From: Methanocaldococcus sp. 28A
GTDB taxonomy: Archaea; AGJL01; Methanococci; Methanococcales; Methanocaldococcaceae
Direction: 5' to 3' (one strand)
Assembly (NCBI GenBank): GCA_049852185.1
Contig: CP187540.1
DNA: 64,000 nucleotides
The position numbers and the translations under genes were made by a program. The stretch's first letter is position 1, and each line of letters opens with the position of its first letter. Under the pieces are notes generated by a model, which did no database searches, was not told where the DNA came from, and saw nothing but the letters and a program-made list of their open reading frames with translations. Shown here piece by piece: positions 40,057 through 50,740 of the stretch.

Positions 40057-40446
40057 TTATTTTTTGAACCTCTTCTTAGGTGTTGTTCCATCATGTGGAA
40101 CTGGGGTAACGTCCTCAATTCTCCCAATTCTTAATCCTGCTCTTGCTAATGCTCTAATAGCTGCCTGAGCTCCAGGTCCAGGGTTTTTCTGCCCACTACC
40201 TCCTGGAGCTCTAACTTTTATGTGTATATTTTCAATTCCCCTTTCTTTTAAAACTTCTGCCAATTTGAATGCTGCCTGCATTGCTGCATAAGGAGAGCCC
40301 TCATCTCTCTGATTTTTTGTAACCATACCTCCAGAAACTCTTGCAATAGTCTCTGCTCCCGTAATGTCTGTTGCATGGATTATTGTATTGTTGTATGATG
40401 AATATATATGAACTATTCCCCATTTTTCCTTTTTTTGTTCTGCCAT
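40057..40446 (-). CDS. rps11p: 30S ribosomal protein S11
   Basis: [26 protein letters not shown]. Confidence 0.97.
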   Translation of the reverse strand: MAEQKKEKWGIVHIYSSYNNTIIHATDITGAETIARVSGGMVTKNQRDEGSPYAAMQAAFKLAEVLKERGIENIHIKVRAPGGSGQKNPGPGAQAAIRALARAGLRIGRIEDVTPVPHDGTTPKKRFKK

Positions 40447-40465
40447 AGTGTTTCACCTTTAATTA

Positions 40466-41026
40466 TTATTTCTCTTGCACCTGTGTTTCTTCTGAGACTA
40501 ATCCAATGATTTTTGCTCTTTCTGGATGGTTTTCATCGTTGAATGGGGAGTTTTTAGCATAGCTGATTTTGTCTTCTTCTTCAACAGTTACCAGGTAGCT
40601 TGGAGCAGTAACAACTCTACCATTAACTGCTATATGTCCATGAATTATTAACTGTCTTGCCTGTCTTGGAGTTCTTGCCAATCCTTTTCTAAATACAAGT
40701 GTTTGTAATCTTCTTTCTAAGACGTCCTCAACAGTTAATGATAAGACATCATCAAGTGTTGGGTTTTCAATTCTTAAAATACCATATTTTTTCAATACGT
40801 TAAATAACTGAACAGCCTCTTTAGCTCCCTGCTCTGTTCTATCGCCAATTAACCTTCTTGCTTGTCTTCTGTATTTTCTTAAAATTGTCTCCGCTTTCCA
40901 AACTTCTCTTTTTCTTCTTAAACCATACTTTCTACATAATTCTTTTTCTCTTTCAATTCTCTCTTTAATCCATGGATGGTTTGGTGTTTCATATGTCTTT
41001 TTAAATCTTCTCCTTGGATCTCCCAT
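40466..41026 (-). CDS. rps4p: 30S ribosomal protein S4
   Basis: [21 protein letters not shown]. Confidence 0.97.
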   Translation of the reverse strand: MGDPRRRFKKTYETPNHPWIKERIEREKELCRKYGLRRKREVWKAETILRKYRRQARRLIGDRTEQGAKEAVQLFNVLKKYGILRIENPTLDDVLSLTVEDVLERRLQTLVFRKGLARTPRQARQLIIHGHIAVNGRVVTAPSYLVTVEEEDKISYAKNSPFNDENHPERAKIIGLVSEETQVQEK

Positions 41027-41080
41027 CTAATCACCTTCAATAATTTTTTAACTGTTATATTGGGTGTTTTATATAATAAT

Positions 41081-41545
41081 TTATTTCCTTCTTCTTGAAA
41101 CCCCAACTGTTTGTCCTCTTCTAAATGTACTTCTTGTTCTCTGTCCTCTACATGGTAATCCAAGTTCGTGTCTAATTCCTCTATAACATCTAATTCTCTT
41201 CAATCTGTTGATGTCTTCTTGTTTTATAATAATTAACTCACTTTCAATAACGTGTTTATCTTCTCCAGTAGTATAATCTTTTCTTCTATTGAACATCCAT
41301 GATGGAATTCCAAATTTAGCCGGATCTGCTAATATCTCTTCAATTTTCTTAACTTCTTCATCTGTTAGGTAACCAGCTAATTTGTTAGGGTCTAATTTAG
41401 CAACTCTTACAATAGCTCTTGCCATGGCTTCTCCAACACCATAAATGTCTTGAAGAGCCATTACTAACTTTTTATTTCCGTCTAAATCTGTCCTTGAAAC
41501 TCTAATTAAGTATTTAAATTCAGAATTTTGCATATTCTCGGTCAA
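41081..41545 (-). CDS. rps13p: 30S ribosomal protein S13
   Basis: [19 protein letters not shown]. Confidence 0.97.
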   Translation of the reverse strand: MTENMQNSEFKYLIRVSRTDLDGNKKLVMALQDIYGVGEAMARAIVRVAKLDPNKLAGYLTDEEVKKIEEILADPAKFGIPSWMFNRRKDYTTGEDKHVIESELIIIKQEDINRLKRIRCYRGIRHELGLPCRGQRTRSTFRRGQTVGVSRRRK

Positions 41546-41604
41546 GATTGCACCTCCATATTCGTGTTTTATAAAATAATATTAAAAAATAAAAAAATAA
41601 GTGA

Positions 41605-41690
41605 CGCGGAGGGGGGGATTTGAACCCCCGCGGGGCAAAGCCCCATGGGATCTCCAGTCCCACGCCGTAGCCGGGCTTGGCTACCTCCGC
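41605..41690 (-). tRNA. tRNA-Ser (GGA); followed by TCA rather than CCA
   Basis: GCGGAGG acceptor stem, anticodon loop CTGGAGA, long variable arm GGGGC-TTT-GCCCC, TTCAAAT T-loop. Confidence 0.95.
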
Positions 41691-41902
41691 ACTAAAACGT
41701 GTTTTATCATTCCATATACTCAATGTTATGATTAATTGTAGGTATAGTTATATATTATTTTCGGTTTTAACCACATGTTTGATATCAACTATAAATTTAT
41801 AAATATATTGATTAAGTAGAATTATGTAGCATATTCATAATAATATTAAGCAATAATTATTCCAAAGTCATATTTAAAAAATTTTATGAGGAGGATGACA
41901 TT

Positions 41903-42700
41903 ATGTCAGTAAAAGTTTCTGAATACATGACAAAAAAGGTTGTTACAGTTTCAAAGAATAATACTGTTAAGGATGTTATTAAATTACTGAAAGAGACAGG
42001 GCATAACTCATTTCCAGTTGTAGAAAATGGAAAATTAATTGGAATTGTCTCAGTTCATGATATTGTAGGAAAAGATGAAAATGAAAGAGTAGAAAATGTG
42101 ATGACTAAAAGAGAAGATATGGTTGTTACAACACCTGATGCTAATATAATGGATGTTGGAAGGATTATGTTTAGAACAGGTTTTTCAAAATTGCCTGTAG
42201 TTGATGAAGAAAATAATTTAGTTGGTATTATATCAAATATGGATGTTATTAGGTCTCAAATAGAAAAAACTACTCCTAAAAAGTTAGAAAATATTATTAA
42301 TACCTATAAAAATTTAGGATATAATTTAAAAGTTAAGAAAGAAGAGATTGATGTTAATAAGTTAATGCCTACTCAAAACAAAATCCACGCTGATGAATTA
42401 GTTGGGAGAATGTATGAACTAAAGAAGGGTTTAGCTGAACCAATAATTGCAATAAAAACAAAAAGAGGAGATTATTATATATTAGTAGATGGGCATCATA
42501 GGGCAGTTGCTGCATATAAGATGGGAGTGCCAAAGTTAGATGCTTATGTTATTTACTTAGATACTGATAAAAAGCTTGGGATAGAGAAGACAGCTGAGAT
42601 TATGAATTTAAAATCATTGAAAGATGTTAAGATTGTTGATAGCGATGATGAGAATAGTGTTAAAGTAATAAAATACAACAAAAATGGAGTGTTGGGATAA
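41903..42700 (+). CDS. CBS-pair plus ParB/sulfiredoxin-like domain protein
   Basis: Two CBS repeats; PTQ..DGHHRA. Confidence 0.88.
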   Translation: MSVKVSEYMTKKVVTVSKNNTVKDVIKLLKETGHNSFPVVENGKLIGIVSVHDIVGKDENERVENVMTKREDMVVTTPDANIMDVGRIMFRTGFSKLPVVDEENNLVGIISNMDVIRSQIEKTTPKKLENIINTYKNLGYNLKVKKEEIDVNKLMPTQNKIHADELVGRMYELKKGLAEPIIAIKTKRGDYYILVDGHHRAVAAYKMGVPKLDAYVIYLDTDKKLGIEKTAEIMNLKSLKDVKIVDSDDENSVKVIKYNKNGVLG

Positions 42701-42702
42701 TT

Positions 42703-43140
42703 ATGATAATTAGAGGAATAAGAGATGCAAAGATAAATAATGATATCTTTAATTTGGGTTTAAAGTTTCAAATTTTAAATGCTGATTTAATAGCCACAAA
42801 GAAACATGTTTTACATGCTATAAATCAAGCAAAGACAAAAAAACCTATAGCAAGGAATTTCTGGATGGAAATTTTAGTTAGAGCCTCTGGACAGAGGCAG
42901 ATAAATGAGGCTATAAAGATTATTGGAGCAAAAGATGGAAATGTATGTTTAGTTTGTGAGGATGAAGAGACATTTAAAAAAGTTCATAAATTAATTGGTG
43001 GAGAGATTGATGATTCTGTTTTAGAGATTAATGAAGAAAAAGAAAAATTGATTAGAAAAGTTTTTGATATCAAAGGTTTTGGAAATGTTATTGAAAGAGT
43101 TTTAGAGAAAATTGCTCTAATTGAACTAAAAAAAGAATAA
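42703..43140 (+). CDS. cgi121: KEOPS complex subunit Cgi121
   Basis: EILVRASGQRQINEAI, LEKIAL. Confidence 0.9.
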   Translation: MIIRGIRDAKINNDIFNLGLKFQILNADLIATKKHVLHAINQAKTKKPIARNFWMEILVRASGQRQINEAIKIIGAKDGNVCLVCEDEETFKKVHKLIGGEIDDSVLEINEEKEKLIRKVFDIKGFGNVIERVLEKIALIELKKE

Positions 43141-43151
43141 TTGGTGAAACA

Positions 43152-44360
43152 ATGAAAATTATTGATGGTGGAGTTGTAGCTCCAAAGGGTTTTAAAGCTA
43201 ATGGGTATAAAGAGGGCAAATATGGAGTAGCAATAATTATCTCTGAAAAAGAGGCAGTAGGTTCTGGAGTTTTTACAACTAACAAAGTTGTGGCTCATCC
43301 AGTAGTTTTATCAAGAGAATTAATAAAAAATAGGGATAAATTTAGAGCAATAGTAGCAAATAGTGGGAATGCAAACTGCTTTACAAAAGATGGTATGGAA
43401 AATGCTAAAGAGATGCAAAGATTAGTAGCAGAGCTTTTTAATATTAAAGAGGAGGAAGTTTTAGTAGCATCAACTGGAGTTATCGGAAGGAAGATGGATA
43501 TGGATATCATCAGGAGTAGAATAAATAAGGTCTATAATTTGATGAAAGAAGGAAACAGTTCAATAAATGCCGCTAAAGCTATAATGACAACAGATACAAA
43601 ACCAAAAGAAATAGCTGTAGAGTTTGAAGTTGATGGAAAGACAGTTAGAGTAGGTGGAATAGCAAAAGGAGCAGGAATGATTGCTCCAAACATGTTACAT
43701 GCTACTATGCTTTGCTTTATAACAACGGATATTGAGATTGATAAAAAAAGCTTAACAGAAGTTTTGCAGAGAGTTGTGGATAAAACTTTCAACAATATAT
43801 CTGTTGACGGTGACACTTCAACAAATGATACTGTCTTTATTTTAGCTAATGGATTGAGTGGAGTTTATTATGATAAATGCAAAGAAGAGTTTGAAAATGC
43901 TCTATTGTATGTTTGCAGAGAACTTGCTAAGATGATTGTTAAGGATGGGGAAGGAGCTACAAAGTTTATGGAAGTTGTTGTTAAAGGAGCTAAAAGTGAG
44001 GAAGATGCTATTAAAGCATCAAAGGCAATAGTTAATTCTTTATTGGTAAAAACTGCAGTGTTTGGAGGAGACCCAAATTGGGGAAGGATTGTTGCAGCAG
44101 TTGGATACAGTGGAGCTGATTTTAACCCAAATATTGTTGATGTTATATTGAGCAATTATGAAGATGAAGTTTATTTAGTTAAAAAGGGGATTCCATTGGC
44201 TGATGAAGGTTCTAAAGAATTAAAAAAAGCTGAAAAGATTATGAAATCTGATGAGATAAAGATAGTTGTTGATTTAAAAATGGGAGAGTTTGAAAATGTT
44301 TGTTATGGATGTGATTTAAGCTATGAGTATGTAAGGATAAATGCTGAATATACCACTTAA
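43152..44360 (+). CDS. argJ: Glutamate N-acetyltransferase (ornithine acetyltransferase)
   Basis: NSGNAN, KGAGMIAPN..ATML, DTSTND, DPNWGR. Confidence 0.97.
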   Translation: MKIIDGGVVAPKGFKANGYKEGKYGVAIIISEKEAVGSGVFTTNKVVAHPVVLSRELIKNRDKFRAIVANSGNANCFTKDGMENAKEMQRLVAELFNIKEEEVLVASTGVIGRKMDMDIIRSRINKVYNLMKEGNSSINAAKAIMTTDTKPKEIAVEFEVDGKTVRVGGIAKGAGMIAPNMLHATMLCFITTDIEIDKKSLTEVLQRVVDKTFNNISVDGDTSTNDTVFILANGLSGVYYDKCKEEFENALLYVCRELAKMIVKDGEGATKFMEVVVKGAKSEEDAIKASKAIVNSLLVKTAVFGGDPNWGRIVAAVGYSGADFNPNIVDVILSNYEDEVYLVKKGIPLADEGSKELKKAEKIMKSDEIKIVVDLKMGEFENVCYGCDLSYEYVRINAEYTT

Positions 44361-44394
44361 ATTTTAAAATTTTAAAAAATTTTATTTTATAAAT

Positions 44395-45798
44395 TTATTT
44401 TTTTCTGTATTTTGGATGGTATTTCTCAATTAATTCTCTATCAACTCTTTTCAACTCTTCTTCTGGTAATATAGCTAACAACTCCCACAACAAGTCAAGA
44501 GTTTCTTCAATACTTCTGTCTTCATCTTTACCTTGTCTAACAAACTTATCTTCAAACTCATCTGCAAATCTTAAGTATGCTCTATCTCTATCTGTCAATG
44601 CCTCTTCCCCAACGACAGCAACTAAATCTCTTAAACTTCTACCTTCTGCATATGCAGCATAAGCCTGATTAATAACTTTCTTGTGGTCTTCTCTTGTTTT
44701 TCCTGGACCCTGTCCGTTTCCAGCCAATCTTGATAATGATGGAAGGACATCAACTGGTGGATAAATCCCCTTTCTGTGCAATTCTCTTGAGAGAACAATC
44801 TGTCCCTCTGTAATATAACCAGTTAAGTCAGGAATTGGGTGGGTAATATCGTCATCTGGCATTGTTAAGATTGGAATTTGGGTGATTGTTCCAACTCTTC
44901 CCTTAACTCTACCAGCTCTTTCGTATAAAGTTGCCAAGTCAGTATACATGTAACCTGGGTAACCCCTTCTTCCTGGAACCTCGTTTCTTGCTGCTGAAAT
45001 TTCTCTTAAAGCCTCACAGTAGTTTGTCATATCTGTTAATATAACGAGAACGTGCATATCTTTCTCATAAGCTAAGTATTCAGCAACAGTTAAAGCAATT
45101 CTTGGTGTTAGAATTCTTTCAATTGCAGGGTCGTTTGCCAAGTTAATAAAGACGACTGCTCTTTCTAAAGCTCCAGTTTTTCTAAATTCTTCCATGAAGA
45201 AGTTAGCTTCCTCTGATGTAATACCCATAGCTGCGAAAACTACTGCGAATTTCTCTCCTTCTCCTCTAACTTTTGCCTGCCTTGCAATCTGAGCTGCTAA
45301 TTGGTTGTGTGGCAAACCAGAACCTGAGAATATCGGTAATTTCTGCCCTCTAACTAATGTGTTCATTCCATCGATTGTTGAAATACCTGTTTGGATGAAA
45401 TCACTTGGAACCTTTCTTGAAACCGGGTTTAATGGATAACCGTTAATATCTAACTCTTTCTCAGGAACTATTTCTGGTCCTCCATCAATTGGTTTTCCTC
45501 TACCATTAAATATTCTTCCAAGCATTTCCATTGAAACTCCAATCTTAGCAGTTTTTCCTGTAAATCTTACTTTTGTTTGGTTTGTACTCAACCCAGTTGT
45601 CCCCTCAAATACCTGAACAACTGCCAAGCCTTCTCTTGCCTCTAAAACTTGCCCCATTCTCTTCTCTCCATCTGGAGTAATAACTTCAACAATCTCCCCA
45701 TAAGCTGCTCCTTCAACACCTTCAACAATTAACAAAGGTCCTGCGATACTCTTAACTGATGAATATTCTATTGCTGATGTAGTTGCTGCCACTTTCAT
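44395..45798 (-). CDS. atpB: A1AO ATP synthase subunit B
   Basis: [27 protein letters not shown]. Confidence 0.98.
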   Translation of the reverse strand: MKVAATTSAIEYSSVKSIAGPLLIVEGVEGAAYGEIVEVITPDGEKRMGQVLEAREGLAVVQVFEGTTGLSTNQTKVRFTGKTAKIGVSMEMLGRIFNGRGKPIDGGPEIVPEKELDINGYPLNPVSRKVPSDFIQTGISTIDGMNTLVRGQKLPIFSGSGLPHNQLAAQIARQAKVRGEGEKFAVVFAAMGITSEEANFFMEEFRKTGALERAVVFINLANDPAIERILTPRIALTVAEYLAYEKDMHVLVILTDMTNYCEALREISAARNEVPGRRGYPGYMYTDLATLYERAGRVKGRVGTITQIPILTMPDDDITHPIPDLTGYITEGQIVLSRELHRKGIYPPVDVLPSLSRLAGNGQGPGKTREDHKKVINQAYAAYAEGRSLRDLVAVVGEEALTDRDRAYLRFADEFEDKFVRQGKDEDRSIEETLDLLWELLAILPEEELKRVDRELIEKYHPKYRKK

Positions 45799-45879
45799 CA
45801 CCTCAATAAAAAGTTTGTAAAGTTATATGGGAGGATGTTAAAAGGAAATTTAGTTTTTAGTTAATTGGTATTAGCAAAT

Positions 45880-47643
45880 TTAGTTTAATGAACCTAATTC
45901 ATTCTTAACTTTCTCCATTATCTCTTTTGATTTAATATTTATGAATTCATCGTGTGGGATATATTTCATTCTTGCAATATCTTGCTTAACTGAAACTTTC
46001 AATATTTTAGCTGGGTCTACTCCTCTTTCCACAGCTTTCAATGCCTCTTGGTAGAATGTCATAATTATCTTTAACATTAAGTATTGCTTCATTGGAGGGC
46101 AGTATGTATCTACTTCATCAAATGCATCTTGCTGTAAGAAATCTTCTCTTAGCATTCTTGCTACTTCTAAGATAACTCTCTCCCTATCTGGCAATGCATC
46201 TGGCCCAACCAACTGAACAATCTCTTGCAACTCTGCTTCTTTCTGCAATAATCCCATTGCTTCATCTCTTAACTGTCTCCAATCTGGTCCAGTATTTGTG
46301 TTCCACCACTCTGTGACATCATCAATATATAATGAATAACTCTGCAACCAGTTAATAGCTGGGAAGTGTCTTCTTCTTGCTAAGTTAGCATCTAACGCCC
46401 AGAATACCTTAACAATTCTTAGTGTGTTTGATGTAACTGGTTCTGAGAAGTCTCCTCCTGGTGGTGAGACTGCCCCAACAATTGAAACGAACCCCTCTCT
46501 ATTATCTTTTCCTAAACAGATAACTCTTCCAGCTCTTTCATAGAACTGAGCCAATCTTGAAGCTAAGTATGCTGGATATCCTTCTTCCCCTGGCATCTCT
46601 TCCAATCTACCAGAAATTTCTCTCATAGCCTCTGCCCATCTTGATGTTGAATCTGCTGTCAATAACACCCCATAACCCATATCTCTAAAGTACTCTGCAA
46701 TTGTAATTCCTGTATAGACAGAAGCTTCCCTTGCAGCGACAGGCATGTTTGATGTGTTTGCAATTAATACAGTTCTATCCATCAATTTGTTTCCTGTTTT
46801 AATATCCTCTAAGTGTGGGAATTCTTCAATAACCTCTGTCATCTCGTTTCCTCTTTCTCCACATCCAATATAAACGACAACGTCAGCATCACTCCACTTA
46901 GCTAATTGATGCTGAGTAACTGTTTTTCCAGAACCGAATGGACCAGGAATTGCTGCTGTTCCTCCCTTAGCTAAGGTGAAAAAGGTATCTTCAACTCTCT
47001 GTCCTGTAATCATTGGGATTTTTGGAGGTAACTTCTCTTTATATGGTCTTCCTTTTCTTACAGGCCATTTTTGCATCATTGTTAATTCTTTTCTTTCTCC
47101 ATTCTCTAATTCAACAACTGCAACAGTCTCCTCAACAGTGAATTTTCCTTTTTTTATTTCAACAATTTTTCCTTTAACTCCAACTGGAACTAATATTTTA
47201 TGAACTATTGAAGGGGTTTCATCAACAGTACCAATGATGTCTCCTTCTTCAACATAGTCCCCTTCATTTACAACTGGCTTAAATTCCCATTTTATATCTC
47301 TTGGTAATGCAGGGACATCAACACCTCTTGGGATAAAGATTGAACCAGTTTTCTCTTCAATTGCTGTCAAAGGTCTTTGTATACCATCATACATCGCTCT
47401 TAACATTCCCGGACCCAATTCAACTGATAATGGAGCACCAGTCCCAACAACAGGCTCTCCTGGACTAATTCCAGAAGTTTCCTCATAAACCTGAATGACA
47501 GCCCTATCATCTTGCAACTGAATGATTTCTCCAGTTAATTTCTCTTCTCCTACCTTAACAACCTCATACATCTGAGCTCCTTTCATTCCTTCTGCAACTA
47601 CAACAGGTCCAGCAATTTTGATAATCTTACCAACAACTGGCAT
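45880..47643 (-). CDS. atpA: A1AO ATP synthase subunit A (no intein)
   Basis: [28 protein letters not shown]. Confidence 0.98.
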   Translation of the reverse strand: MPVVGKIIKIAGPVVVAEGMKGAQMYEVVKVGEEKLTGEIIQLQDDRAVIQVYEETSGISPGEPVVGTGAPLSVELGPGMLRAMYDGIQRPLTAIEEKTGSIFIPRGVDVPALPRDIKWEFKPVVNEGDYVEEGDIIGTVDETPSIVHKILVPVGVKGKIVEIKKGKFTVEETVAVVELENGERKELTMMQKWPVRKGRPYKEKLPPKIPMITGQRVEDTFFTLAKGGTAAIPGPFGSGKTVTQHQLAKWSDADVVVYIGCGERGNEMTEVIEEFPHLEDIKTGNKLMDRTVLIANTSNMPVAAREASVYTGITIAEYFRDMGYGVLLTADSTSRWAEAMREISGRLEEMPGEEGYPAYLASRLAQFYERAGRVICLGKDNREGFVSIVGAVSPPGGDFSEPVTSNTLRIVKVFWALDANLARRRHFPAINWLQSYSLYIDDVTEWWNTNTGPDWRQLRDEAMGLLQKEAELQEIVQLVGPDALPDRERVILEVARMLREDFLQQDAFDEVDTYCPPMKQYLMLKIIMTFYQEALKAVERGVDPAKILKVSVKQDIARMKYIPHDEFINIKSKEIMEKVKNELGSLN

Positions 47644-47725
47644 ACTCTCTACCTCACAGTCTATGTTTTATCCAACATTAAGATTTAAAGTATTATTTAT
47701 AAGTTATTAAAGTTTGTTATTTCGA

Positions 47726-48022
47726 TTATTTCATTGAAACTCCAACAGCTTTTCTTATTAACTCCCTAACTGGGTCTATTCTATCGAGTTTACCATATTT
47801 ATCTGGAATTTCAACAATAACTTTATCTATATTTTTTATTTTATCTTTTATACTTTCAGCAATCCTTTCTGTGATAATTATAAAGGCAATATTTTCATTG
47901 TTTGCAAGCTCATTAACGGCTTTAACTGCTTCTTCATCATTCTTAACTTCATAAACATCAGTTAAACCAGCCAATCTGAAACCAATGGCTGTTTCTCTAT
48001 CGCCAACAACACCTATTTTCAT
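47726..48022 (-). CDS. atpF: A1AO ATP synthase subunit F
   Basis: GDRETAIGFRLAG, RKAVG. Confidence 0.95.
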   Translation of the reverse strand: MKIGVVGDRETAIGFRLAGLTDVYEVKNDEEAVKAVNELANNENIAFIIITERIAESIKDKIKNIDKVIVEIPDKYGKLDRIDPVRELIRKAVGVSMK

Positions 48023-48031
48023 TTACCTCAC

Positions 48032-49231
48032 CTATAAAGATATGAGCAAGCTTCTAATTTCTTCTGGCTTTAAGTTTTCTATTTTACCTTTAATTATTGC
48101 TTTAAGGTTTTTAACTTCAAGCTCTTTGCTAACAATTAAACCAATAATTGGTCCTACACCAAATGGTTTTCTTGTTGATAACTTTTTACCTTTTTCTAAT
48201 ACAAATTTATCCAACGCCCTTTCAAATGCATAAATTGATTTGGTTTTTTCAAATTCTTCCATAGCTTCAGATAAAACTTCAGCATAGCTTGTTCCTTCTA
48301 AACCACTTAAAACTCCCTCTATTCCACCAGCACTCATTAAATCTTTTAACTTCCACTCAGCCAATTCATAGCCAGTTAGAAATACATATTTACTGAGCTC
48401 ATCTGCTGACAAACCATCTGCTTTACCTTTTAATATAACTTTTAAGTTTTCTACATCAATTAATGTCCCTATAAATTCTCTAAATAAGTCCTCTTCCTTA
48501 CCTTCAGTCATTATTGTTTTTCTTAAGCTATCTAAGTAGTATTTATCTAATGCCAACTCAAATCCTATTATGTTAGATGTTTGTTCATAGTTTGACAGTT
48601 CCTCTTGCAATACCTTAAAGTATTCTGTTCCATCTAAACCTCTAACAACTTCCTCAACTGTTTTAACTTCACTAAGCTCTTTTAATTTTTCGACTGGTAT
48701 GTTTCCTAATGGAATTAATAAGCTGTATGTTTCTTCAGCATTTAAACCTACAAACTTAGCTCTTATTAATGTTTTTATATTTTTAATGTCAAACTTCTTA
48801 GTAAAGGCTTTTAAAACTTTCTTTGCCCCATCTGGTGATATTCTGAATATTAAAGCATACAAGTCAGCCAAATACATGTCTAATGCCTTTTCAACAGCAA
48901 CAGGGTCTTTTAATTCATTCATAACCTCTGCAACATACTGCCCATAATCAGTATCTTCTAACAATCCAACTAACTCCTCTAAGCTCCCAGATTCAATTAA
49001 TTCATTTAACTTGGCATCATCAAGTAATCTAGCTTCTCTGCTTCTTATTCTCGCATTGACATAAGCGTAAGGAGCTAAATCAATAACCATCTTTGTAATC
49101 CATACAATTACAATAAGAACAATGATGACCGTTGTTATAACAATGAGCAATGTTAAAGGATTATCGAAATATGTCATTAATGTTGAATACAATGTTTTTA
49201 AATTCAATAAAGTCTCTATATTTATCGCCAT
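48032..49231 (-). CDS. atpC: A1AO ATP synthase subunit C
   Basis: YAYVNARIR, EVKNLKAI; operon position. Confidence 0.93.
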   Translation of the reverse strand: MAINIETLLNLKTLYSTLMTYFDNPLTLLIVITTVIIVLIVIVWITKMVIDLAPYAYVNARIRSREARLLDDAKLNELIESGSLEELVGLLEDTDYGQYVAEVMNELKDPVAVEKALDMYLADLYALIFRISPDGAKKVLKAFTKKFDIKNIKTLIRAKFVGLNAEETYSLLIPLGNIPVEKLKELSEVKTVEEVVRGLDGTEYFKVLQEELSNYEQTSNIIGFELALDKYYLDSLRKTIMTEGKEEDLFREFIGTLIDVENLKVILKGKADGLSADELSKYVFLTGYELAEWKLKDLMSAGGIEGVLSGLEGTSYAEVLSEAMEEFEKTKSIYAFERALDKFVLEKGKKLSTRKPFGVGPIIGLIVSKELEVKNLKAIIKGKIENLKPEEIRSLLISL

Positions 49232-49243
49232 CAGGCATCACCT

Positions 49244-49855
49244 TTAGAATAACTTCTCTGTGATTCTCGCCCTAATTACATTTAAATTCCTATTAAATAT
49301 AGCTTCTAAACTGTTGTCTAATGATTTTAATCCATCAATAGTTTCTATTATACATCCTCCAATAATATCCACAGGTTCTCCCTTTTTCAGTACAGTTACT
49401 TTTTTTGTCATATTTTCAACTTCTTTTTCTAAATTCCATAATGTCACATCATCAATAATTTCCATATCTCTTTTATTTAATCTTACAACTAATTCGCCTC
49501 CTCCTAATGAGATAGCCCCCTCTTTTATTAATTTTATTAATTTATTTTTATAATCTGGCTGTTCAGGCAATTTAACAAGTTCTTCTTTTAATTTTTCTAT
49601 TGCTTTTTCTATAATTTCTTCTTTAGCTTTCAATAACTTTTTCTTTGCTTCTAATTTTGCCTCTGAAATAATTCTACTTTTAGTTAGTTCTGCTTCTTTT
49701 TCTCCTTTCTTTAATATCTCTGCTTTTCTTTTCTCTGCCTCTTCTCTTGCTTTCTCTAATATTTTAGCTTTTTCTTCTTCTGCCTGTGCAATTATTTTAT
49801 TAGCTTCTGCTTTAGCATCTTCCAATATCTTTGATTTTATTTTATCAACTCCCAT
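49244..49855 (-). CDS. atpE: A1AO ATP synthase subunit E
   Basis: N-terminal coiled coil, IIGGCII..DNSLE. Confidence 0.93.
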   Translation of the reverse strand: MGVDKIKSKILEDAKAEANKIIAQAEEEKAKILEKAREEAEKRKAEILKKGEKEAELTKSRIISEAKLEAKKKLLKAKEEIIEKAIEKLKEELVKLPEQPDYKNKLIKLIKEGAISLGGGELVVRLNKRDMEIIDDVTLWNLEKEVENMTKKVTVLKKGEPVDIIGGCIIETIDGLKSLDNSLEAIFNRNLNVIRARITEKLF

Positions 49856-49934
49856 CTATTTCACCTAATTAAAATTAAATTTAAAAATTTTTTATAAAGT
49901 TCAAAAAAAGGCTTGCTTGGTTAATTTAGTTAAT

Positions 49935-50591
49935 TTAGACCATGAGCATGATTAAGATTGCTATCAACAAACCAAAGATAGCGAAGGTCTCTGGCATAAC
50001 TGCTAAAACTAAACCTTTACCCATTGCTTCTGGGTCCCTTGCAGTAGCTCCAATAGCTCCTGCAGCAGTAATACCCTGCCCAATACCTGAGAGACCAGCA
50101 AACCCAACTGCAAACCCTGCCCCTAAAGCTGCTATTTCAGTAGCTCCTGCTCCTTTAAAGACACCAACTAACAACAAGATAGCGATTAACAAACCATAGA
50201 TAGCCTGGGTCTCTGGAAGGACAGAGAAAACCATTGCTTTACCGAATATACTATTATCTTCAGCAACAGCACCTAAACCAGCTGAAGCAGCTATTCCCTG
50301 ACCAATAGCTGATAAACCAGCTAAACCAACAGCCAAACCGGCTGCGAACATTGCCCAAGGTGAAGCATTCTTAAATACAAATAAGATAAGAATTGCTACT
50401 AAGAACCCATACAAACCCTGTGTCTGTGGAAGTGCTTGGAAAACAATAGCTGTACCAAATTTGTTGGGGTCTTCTGCAACAACTCCTGCTCCACTAGCTC
50501 CAGTAATTCCTGCCCCAATTCCTGAACCTAAACCAGCAATACCTACTGCTAAACCTGCACCAATAGCTCCTAAGATTAAAGAATCTACCAT
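49935..50591 (-). CDS. atpK: A1AO ATP synthase subunit K (c), triplicated proteolipid
   Basis: Three hairpin repeats with PQTQ, PETQ and PETF. Confidence 0.95.
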   Translation of the reverse strand: MVDSLILGAIGAGLAVGIAGLGSGIGAGITGASGAGVVAEDPNKFGTAIVFQALPQTQGLYGFLVAILILFVFKNASPWAMFAAGLAVGLAGLSAIGQGIAASAGLGAVAEDNSIFGKAMVFSVLPETQAIYGLLIAILLLVGVFKGAGATEIAALGAGFAVGFAGLSGIGQGITAAGAIGATARDPEAMGKGLVLAVMPETFAIFGLLIAILIMLMV

Positions 50592-50740
50592 AATATCACC
50601 TCAATTTTATTAAGTTTTTAGTTGTATTTTTTGTTTTTATATTTTATTATTGAATATTCAATACCCACAGGTGTTAAAGTTCTTCATTAACGATATAGAA
50701 AGAGAAGACATTAAAAAGATTTAAATAATCTTAAGAGGAA

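Noticed and set aside
45880-47643. Intein in atpA, or in top6B or smc
   Set aside because: AtpA and SMC lengths are normal, GSGKTV is contiguous, and no C-terminal HN-C/S/T splice motifs were seen.
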